From an uncultured Candidatus Saccharibacteria bacterium (GTDB lineage: Bacteria > Patescibacteriota > Doudnabacteria > UBA920): a stretch of 64,000 nt of DNA. The translations under genes were made by a program, and so were the position numbers. The notes under the pieces are model-generated. The model was not told the origin of the DNA, did not search any database, and saw only the letters and a list, made by a program, of their open reading frames with translations. Positions 57,904-64,000 of this stretch are shown here, piece by piece; position 1 is the stretch's first letter; each line of letters starts with the position of its first letter. Location: contig CAZHIA010000004.1 of assembly GCA_964532425.1 (NCBI GenBank), positions 19,740-83,739 of the forward strand, written 5' to 3'.

Positions 57904-59373
57904 TTATTGCCTTTTATGATCTACCTTCGTCGTTTCGGAAAACTCTTTCAGCAATAGAGAATCAATGAGCAATTCGTGTTTGCGTAGCTGAATTAATATT
58001 TTCGCCTCTTCCTTGGTTAGCGGGATGTTCAGTTGTTTTTTCTCCAGAATGCGAATGTCCTGGCCGAGCTGCTTTTTGAGCGCCATAAAGTCACGGGAGA
58101 TCTGGTGGTACAAGTCATACGGTACGATATCGCGACCGAGCCTGCAAGAGCGGCGGCTTTTGACTAACAGCCAGAGCAAAAGAACAGCGAGCAGGAGCAG
58201 GAGCAGGCACATGCCACTGAGCACGATCACGAGCGTCTGGTTTCCAGCAGCGGCAGGAGCGGCGATTACAACCGGTACTTGCTGCTGTGGCGCGGACTGC
58301 ACGGGTTCACGTACGGTAAATGCAAGTTCCTTGGAGGATTTATTTCCCGCCTTATCCACTGCCTGTACACTCAGAACGTGACCACCCTTCGTTACATCTG
58401 CAAGAGCGTACAATTGCGAGCCGGTCTTAATCCAACTCACTGGCGGGTTGCCGTCGAGCGATACCTCAAAATGGTCGATGCCGGACGGCGTATCGGTCGC
58501 TTCAAAATCAAAAGCATTCTGGGAAAGATCAGGTTGTGTCAAACTCTGCCATGTGGGGCGCTCGGTATCGATCTGGAAGCGCACATGCTGCGTCGCGCTC
58601 CAACCGGCTCGGGAATAATATTTGATATGGAAATACCAAATCCCATCAGCCACGTTTTTATAGGTATGATATCTGTACAGCCCATACCCGGAACTACCAG
58701 GTACGGTGTCAGGGTTCCTGTCAGCAGTAAATGAGACTTGCGTGGCCGCGGGCGGTACGGTCCATTCGAAACGAACGGCATTGCCGCTGTACCACTGGGC
58801 AGGATCCGGATGAGTTGTGGAACGCACGGCAAATTCACCCTGGACTGGCAACGGCGAAGTCTCCGTTTGAGACGCGGCTGCGATTGTAATATTGGCCGAA
58901 CGGGCTCCCGCGTAAATATTGGTGCCGCTGCCGTCTGCCAGCAGAATCCTACCGCTTGAAATTGAGACTGCCGCGGCCCCCTCCTGCAGGGCTTTAAAAG
59001 TCACCGCCAGCACAGCAGTGCCGCTACCACTATAGCCTTTGGGTGAACCGCCGGCAAAAGAAACTGCTGAACCACTGATCGTTGGTTCTTGCGGCCAGTA
59101 GGAAAAAACACTGCCCTTTGAAACGCTTACGGCTTTGAGCAGATTCCCATCGAACGTAATCGACCCTTCTGCAGCATTGACCGAGCTGCTGCCGGTATCT
59201 ATGACAAGTGAGAGCTTGACACTCTCCCCGATTCTGACGGTTTTTTGTGCCGGGGAGAATCCAAAAAAAGCGCTCTCGGCCTGTGCAGGCACAGGGCCGA
59301 CTGCTACCCAAAGAATAACAGCGACTAAAAGCGCACTGAAGAATTTAGTGATGTGTTTTATGTTTCCTGGCAT
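57904..59373 (-). CDS. Cohesin-domain protein with Ig-like domains and C-terminal TM anchor
   Basis: Signal peptide; SVNAAEGSITFD...SVFSYWPQEP...FAGG.P...LLADGSGTN; DTPSGIDHFEV...AVDKAGN; TM segment plus cytoplasmic tail. Confidence 0.78.
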   Translation of the reverse strand: MPGNIKHITKFFSALLVAVILWVAVGPVPAQAESAFFGFSPAQKTVRIGESVKLSLVIDTGSSSVNAAEGSITFDGNLLKAVSVSKGSVFSYWPQEPTISGSAVSFAGGSPKGYSGSGTAVLAVTFKALQEGAAAVSISSGRILLADGSGTNIYAGARSANITIAAASQTETSPLPVQGEFAVRSTTHPDPAQWYSGNAVRFEWTVPPAATQVSFTADRNPDTVPGSSGYGLYRYHTYKNVADGIWYFHIKYYSRAGWSATQHVRFQIDTERPTWQSLTQPDLSQNAFDFEATDTPSGIDHFEVSLDGNPPVSWIKTGSQLYALADVTKGGHVLSVQAVDKAGNKSSKELAFTVREPVQSAPQQQVPVVIAAPAAAGNQTLVIVLSGMCLLLLLLAVLLLWLLVKSRRSCRLGRDIVPYDLYHQISRDFMALKKQLGQDIRILEKKQLNIPLTKEEAKILIQLRKHELLIDSLLLKEFSETTKVDHKRQ

Positions 59374-60268
59374 GTCGTTTCTTTACTGTCAGTATGGCAA
59401 AAATTACCGCGAGCAGCAACAACGCCACGGCCAACCAACCAAACCGTCGGTTGTCCGGAAATGCGAATACCTGTGACGCAATCCGCTCATTGCCCGCGCG
59501 GTCAACTGCCTTAACCAGCACTGTCACGGTTCCCTGTTGATGCTGCAGCACAACAGGGCTACTGACCAGCTTCCACGCACCAGGCTGGCCAGTACCGGGT
59601 CGGCTATTACCGTCCAGCTCCTGCATCTGGTAATAGGATATTCCGGAATCTTTATCAAGCGCCTGGAATGAGGCAAAATACTTGCCGCCGAACATTTCCG
59701 GGTTCCGGCTGATGGAAATTATAAAGGGTTCAGGCGGGGTGGAATCCTGCGTGCTTGCGTACTGTTTAGGCGCATACTGTGATGGCGCCGGTAGAATGAC
59801 CGCTTTTGCCGGCACGAGGCCAGGCGAAATACGCGTACCAGCGCCATCGTTCAAGTAGACGGCACTTGAGGTATTGAATGCGAATTCTGCCGTACCCGCA
59901 GAGACAGCTTTGGCCACCACTGTTCCGACCAGGCCACCACTGCCGGAAAATCCGGGATTCGGCAACCCACCGGCAGCAGACACCACGGACAAATAGGGGG
60001 AATGTGCTAGGGGTGATGTCCAGAGCTGGACGATAGAACCGGCACTGTCAACGGCCTGCACCTCTACGCTATCGCCGGAGTATAGCAAATCCATCCTGAC
60101 AGCATTTACCGGCTTTTCCGCATCAAGATAGACGCGAACCGGAAACACGTCCCCGGCATACAGCGGGCCGTCCGGCAATACCACGCGCAATGCCGCAGCT
60201 TGGACCAGCAATGGTATGCCAAAAAGCAAAATTACCAATACGATTTTAGCTGTTTTATATATATTCAT
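59345..60268 (-). CDS. Cohesin-domain protein with C-terminal TM anchor
   Basis: VNAVRMDLLYS...SIVQLWTSP...GGLPNPGFSG...VYLNDGAGT; DKDSGISYY...AVDRAGN; TM segment plus basic tail. Confidence 0.78.
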   Translation of the reverse strand: MNIYKTAKIVLVILLFGIPLLVQAAALRVVLPDGPLYAGDVFPVRVYLDAEKPVNAVRMDLLYSGDSVEVQAVDSAGSIVQLWTSPLAHSPYLSVVSAAGGLPNPGFSGSGGLVGTVVAKAVSAGTAEFAFNTSSAVYLNDGAGTRISPGLVPAKAVILPAPSQYAPKQYASTQDSTPPEPFIISISRNPEMFGGKYFASFQALDKDSGISYYQMQELDGNSRPGTGQPGAWKLVSSPVVLQHQQGTVTVLVKAVDRAGNERIASQVFAFPDNRRFGWLAVALLLLAVIFAILTVKKRHARKHKTHH

Positions 60269-61617
60269 TACTCCGTCCACCAATACATCATAATGCTAAA
60301 ATCAACCAGGTCGACGCTCCCATCCTGGTTCAAATCCGCTGCGGGATTTTTTGGCGTACCCCAGTTGAACATCAAAATACTGAAGTCAACCAGATCTACC
60401 CTGCCATCGCAGTTAATATCAGCTATTCCGCATTTTCGGTCAGGGCTTATTGGGTTGATTTTAGTGCCGAAAACGCCGAACATGCTCAAACGATCCTGAG
60501 CAGTACTTATAATCCTGAGTGTGGTATTCCGGCTACCGCCGCTCTCTAACCAGCCCACCGGGGGATCCTGCAGACGGTATAAAACGAATGTGGATTCCTC
60601 ATGACTTGCCACCTGGGCCGCGGTATACCCGAACGTGTATTGCAACGGCTTTAAAAATGTATCTACGGTCTTCCCCGCTCCATCCTGGGCCATAACACTA
60701 AAAGCGTACGATCCGCTCAAATCCAAACTATCAGGCGGCATGACTAATGCGTTGACCGTGGCTTTGGGCAAAGCCGCGATCACAAAAGTAACCACCGAGG
60801 CATAAAAGTTCCGCGGGATACTTATTTTCAATGTCTGGCCGTCCGGTGCGACGAAATTAATTTCGTTGTCGGTTTCGGGATCCACCGTGTAGGTACCCAA
60901 AGGACTTGGCGGAAACCTGAGCCCCCCGCTCGCGGGCTGGGGCGGAGCCGGCGGCTGAGGCGGTTGTGACGGCTCACCGCTCTTACCGCCGCCGACGGAA
61001 ACTTGATTAACCATGGCAACCATGGCAGCGCTTTCGTCGATAACCTCGCTGCCCGCTAACTTGGTCTGGAGGGATATTGTATAAGACCCCTCTGCAGCGG
61101 CGTTGATCACCTGGTGCGTTCCGGTTCCTCCATATGTTGCATTGCTGCCGATTCGAATGGAAAGTTGGGTTTGAGCAGGAAGGATGTCAGTGTCATTCAA
61201 CGTGAGTACGAGCGATTGCCCGGCAACCGCAAATCCCCACGGACTTCCGGCACCTGTTCCTGCGATAGTCGCAAGCGGTTGCTGCCTGCCGTTTATAAGC
61301 ACATCAACATCTTGGAAATCCAGAGCAGCCGGAACGACAAGCTGGTTCGAAAATAGAACCTCAAGTTGACCGGAAGGAAGAACGGGTTGGGTTGTCGTAA
61401 AACGTATCTCATGGTCAGCTCCCCGCCCCGGCGCCGAGGTCGATATCGTGTCACTGACAACAGTCAGGTCTCGCACATGACCCGAAACAAATACAGGCTG
61501 GCCAAAAAACAAGAGACTGCAAGTCAGCAGGCATGCAAAAGCAGGCCGGAACAGTCCGGAATGTCTGCGTACGATTCCAGCCAGATGCAGAAAAACCTGC
61601 CCTGCCTTGTGCTGCAT
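60268..61617 (-). CDS. Secreted protein with C-terminal type I dockerin
   Basis: Duplicated EF-like loops ADINCDGRVDLVDFSILMFNW / ADLNQDGSVDLVDFSIMMYWW; Pro-rich linker; stop overlaps the next ATG (taatg). Confidence 0.85.
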   Translation of the reverse strand: MQHKAGQVFLHLAGIVRRHSGLFRPAFACLLTCSLLFFGQPVFVSGHVRDLTVVSDTISTSAPGRGADHEIRFTTTQPVLPSGQLEVLFSNQLVVPAALDFQDVDVLINGRQQPLATIAGTGAGSPWGFAVAGQSLVLTLNDTDILPAQTQLSIRIGSNATYGGTGTHQVINAAAEGSYTISLQTKLAGSEVIDESAAMVAMVNQVSVGGGKSGEPSQPPQPPAPPQPASGGLRFPPSPLGTYTVDPETDNEINFVAPDGQTLKISIPRNFYASVVTFVIAALPKATVNALVMPPDSLDLSGSYAFSVMAQDGAGKTVDTFLKPLQYTFGYTAAQVASHEESTFVLYRLQDPPVGWLESGGSRNTTLRIISTAQDRLSMFGVFGTKINPISPDRKCGIADINCDGRVDLVDFSILMFNWGTPKNPAADLNQDGSVDLVDFSIMMYWWTE

Positions 61618-61621
61618 GATA

Positions 61622-62002
61622 TTAGCGATACCCTAACTGTTTTTTATTTCTTTTAAAGTCCAAATAAAAATTTATTCCAAGCAGGAAAAATAAAGCCAGC
61701 TCCAACAGGAAAATAACCTGTAGCATCATGCTCTTCCGGGAATTAATCCTCTCGAGCTGGTTCGCTTGCATCTCAAGCTGCCGCTCTTTCTGTGCCAATT
61801 CACGGTCTTTAGCCTGGATCTGCTCCACGGCGGAATTCACCGGATTTGGCAGCACTTCCGCTGAGGTGTTCACTCCAGCTACCGCGCCATACTCCGGCAC
61901 TGACGGCTTTAAGAAGCCAGGTGTCACAAAACCGGCAGCCAAAAGTATTGCCCCCGCAATGAATAGCATCCCATACACTTTCGTAGGCCATGAGAATTTC
62001 AT
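61622..62002 (-). CDS. Small protein with TM-coiled coil-TM topology
   Basis: Hydrophobic ends flanking EQIQAKDRELAQKERQLE. Confidence 0.7.
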   Translation of the reverse strand: MKFSWPTKVYGMLFIAGAILLAAGFVTPGFLKPSVPEYGAVAGVNTSAEVLPNPVNSAVEQIQAKDRELAQKERQLEMQANQLERINSRKSMMLQVIFLLELALFFLLGINFYLDFKRNKKQLGYR

Positions 62003-62016
62003 ATCACCCTTCGAAT

Positions 62017-63087
62017 TTACGCCAACAGCGAAACAACGAGCATCACCAGTGCGCCAACCACTGCGACAATGACAATTGCAATCATCGCCATCATGAGTAA
62101 CGAAGGCGACGCAGGCATTGTCCGGGAGACTGCCTGAGCCCGCGCCGACCCTGCTGCACTACCAATCTTCGAACGGATATACAATCTTACGCCGATGACT
62201 AACATAAGAAAGATTCCGAGCAGTGTTCCTAAAACGGTAAAGATGATTCCCTTCGGTAGAACCCAAAACCCGGTCTCGCCGCTTAATGTCTTTTTCCCCT
62301 GGTCGCCGTAGGAAAGTATCAAGCGGGCTTTGTAATTGCCAAAGACCAAACCTTCGCCCTTCCAGTTTTGCGTGAACTGGCGAATGGATTTCGGGAAGAC
62401 ACCCGCACCGCTGTCATTGACCGGCAGTGTTGCCACTTTCTTGCCGAACATATCTGAAATCTCGATGAAGCCCACGGGCTGGACCAGCGTATTGCCCACA
62501 TTTTCGATACGGGCCGTAAAATTCACCTCTGGCGTACCGTAAAGGCTGCGGTCAGTACGAAATTCGCGGATCTGCGCCTCATCATCGGCATCCCCGCTAA
62601 TGCGAATGCTGACTATGGAAGCAACTTCAAAGCCGACACCGGTGCCATTTGGCGTGTTTTGAGGAGGTTGCTGGGTGAAAAAGATAGCCCCAAAATGACC
62701 GCCCGGCTGCGCATCAGCCGGCACCGCAACGGTAAACGGCACTTCCTTGCTGGCCCCGCTCTGCAGGGTTACCGAAGTCACTGGCAGTTGGATCCAGGAA
62801 GCCAGCCCGTATTCGTTCGCCCCGGTTTGTTCTGAAAATTGTGGCTGCCCTGTTTCGGTCAGGCCGCTGATATTCCTTTTCTGAATATAATACGTCTGTT
62901 GCTGCTGGCTGACGTTGGTGACGGTCAGCGTTCCGGAAAAAGTCTTGCCGGGATCCACGCGCTGCTGCGTGATCGCAGGCTTAACTTTTATTCCTGCCAC
63001 ATCGGTTTGCGCGGTAGCCGGTACGCTTAAAACTAACATCAGGAAGGCTAATGCTGCGCCGGCCGCGTACTTTGCGATTCTCTTCAT
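62017..63087 (-). CDS. DUF916-like (WxL-interacting / PapD-like fold) membrane-anchored protein
   Basis: Signal peptide; VDPG...TLTVTN, LASWI, VPFTVAVPADAQPGGHFGAIFF, ENVGNTLVQPVG, FGNYKARL; two C-terminal TM segments. Confidence 0.75.
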   Translation of the reverse strand: MKRIAKYAAGAALAFLMLVLSVPATAQTDVAGIKVKPAITQQRVDPGKTFSGTLTVTNVSQQQQTYYIQKRNISGLTETGQPQFSEQTGANEYGLASWIQLPVTSVTLQSGASKEVPFTVAVPADAQPGGHFGAIFFTQQPPQNTPNGTGVGFEVASIVSIRISGDADDEAQIREFRTDRSLYGTPEVNFTARIENVGNTLVQPVGFIEISDMFGKKVATLPVNDSGAGVFPKSIRQFTQNWKGEGLVFGNYKARLILSYGDQGKKTLSGETGFWVLPKGIIFTVLGTLLGIFLMLVIGVRLYIRSKIGSAAGSARAQAVSRTMPASPSLLMMAMIAIVIVAVVGALVMLVVSLLA

Positions 63088-63100
63088 ATAGTTTGTACGA

Positions 63101-63127
63101 AAACTCCCGCGTTAAAAACGCGGGAGC
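63101..63127 (-). terminator. Hairpin after the subunit gene
   Basis: ctcccgcgtt-aa-aaacgcgggag followed by a U tract on the minus strand. Confidence 0.65.
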
Positions 63128-63142
63128 CTGGTTAATACGTTT

Positions 63143-64000
63143 TTAGAAAACTGGAGTTGCGACATACGTTAAGGTATTGGTGTAATCCTTGGCAGCTTGC
63201 TGCAGCGAAGTCACGCGAATGCGGATACCGACCCTGGTCGCACCCTTGTCAGCTGTCGAGCCGTCAGCGGGACCATTGTTGCTGAATACCGGTCTGGCCG
63301 TCAAGATGTTTCCCGCATACTTTGGCGTACCATGGCCGAATTCATTCGTATTAATGTCGTCTTCCGAAGTGATACCGTAATGTCCCCAGGTCGTCGTCGA
63401 GGAAAGAGAACCGGTGGGGTTAGCCCAGGCTGCTGGCGTGCTGGTTGCGTCATCATTGTAGAACATGTGGATCTGGGCTCCGTTACTGCTGGTTAACCGC
63501 TGGTTTTCCTGGACTGTTACCGTAAATCCATTCACTGCGTTCGTGGTCACTGCCAAACTCTGTCCTGCGACATAGTCCGTATTCGGTGCCAATGTGCCAA
63601 AATTAATTGCCGTAGCCGTGGTGGTCGTGCTCGTGTTCACTGCCTCGCCGTTAATCGACTGGCCGGAAGCCACGCCGCTCACCGTAAAGGTGAATGACGT
63701 GTCCACTGCAGCGCTCATCGTGACCTGACTGACAATCGCCACCATGGTATCAGCCGCATCAGCCATTGTTCCGCCAATATTAATCTTGTACGACCCAACT
63801 GCCGGATTGACTATTTGATGAGCCCCGCCGATTGTGATCTGCAGGGTGGCCCCGGCGGCGGCCGGAGTGCCGCTGGTGGGGGCGGTCAAAGTAACCGTAC
63901 TGCCCGACGAACCGACTCCCCAGGCTGATGACGAATTGGATGCCGCGGTCGTGGTAGCGACGCTATTCACAGTCATCGTCACATCAGAAAAGACGATTGC
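63143..64000 (-). CDS. Ser/Thr/Ala-rich secreted subunit with WxL/pilin-like C-terminal domain; 5' end outside the window
   Basis: Frame open to the window edge; INFGTL, VTTNAVNGFTVTV, terminal YTNTLTYVATPVF. Confidence 0.72.
   Translation of the reverse strand, partial: AIVFSDVTMTVNSVATTTAASNSSSAWGVGSSGSTVTLTAPTSGTPAAAGATLQITIGGAHQIVNPAVGSYKINIGGTMADAADTMVAIVSQVTMSAAVDTSFTFTVSGVASGQSINGEAVNTSTTTTATAINFGTLAPNTDYVAGQSLAVTTNAVNGFTVTVQENQRLTSSNGAQIHMFYNDDATSTPAAWANPTGSLSSTTTWGHYGITSEDDINTNEFGHGTPKYAGNILTARPVFSNNGPADGSTADKGATRVGIRIRVTSLQQAAKDYTNTLTYVATPVF

Noticed and set aside
57904-61617. Cellulosome
   Set aside because: Single-cohesin proteins only; no glycoside hydrolase or CBM-bearing dockerin enzymes in the window.
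634-63496. Numerous antisense and alternate-frame ORFs in the track (e.g. 1210-1830, 20182-20841, 39161-39985)
   Set aside because: They lie wholly within well-supported genes and have no recognisable motifs; treated as shadow ORFs.
1-64000. CRISPR array or cas genes
   Set aside because: No run of identical direct repeats with unique spacers. The repeats present are dispersed palindromes, and no Cas motifs were seen.
48529-64000. Genomic island integrated at tRNA-His
   Set aside because: No integrase next to the tRNA and no duplicated tRNA 3' end seen within the window.
1-64000. Alternative genetic code (UGA recoding)
   Set aside because: Genes end at TGA at the expected positions (e.g. 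xer, rluB) and long ORFs are intact under code 11.

Overview
Chromosomal segment of a bacterium using the standard genetic code. It is most consistent with Patescibacteria/CPR; this is an inference from the dimeric GlyRS, tRNA-Arg(GCG), many leaderless or SD-less genes, many ORFans and Ser/Thr-rich surface proteins. The left part has housekeeping genes (M24 peptidase fragment, glyQS, tgt, pnp, rpsO, RimK-like ligase, Xer-type recombinase, two tRNA-Arg, pseudouridine synthase) mixed with stand-alone ORFans. The middle has an ABC exporter, ferric-reductase-like protein, M23 peptidase, P-type ATPase, a HAD/NUDIX/nucleotidyltransferase cluster, a csoR-copA copper operon, a Qng1-like queuosine salvage gene and an ArsR/permease/redoxin cluster. 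After tRNA-His, a co-oriented minus-strand envelope locus encodes a WxL/pilin-like subunit, a DUF916-like membrane partner, a dockerin protein sharing the subunit's N-terminal domain, two membrane-anchored cohesin proteins, two-component proteins, a 1399-aa FN3/ZU5-like/PG-binding surface protein and a metzincin. Main highlights: (1) this putative cohesin-dockerin-anchored surface assembly; (2) three different palindromic repeat families inserted in frame in pnp, an ABC transporter and copA; (3) a queuine salvage pair (Qng1 plus an atypical TGT), with qng1 bracketed by two covarying perfect palindromes; (4) a candidate riboswitch-like leader. No CRISPR array, rRNA, transposase or prophage was seen. 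All family calls come from motif recognition by eye, not from database searches.
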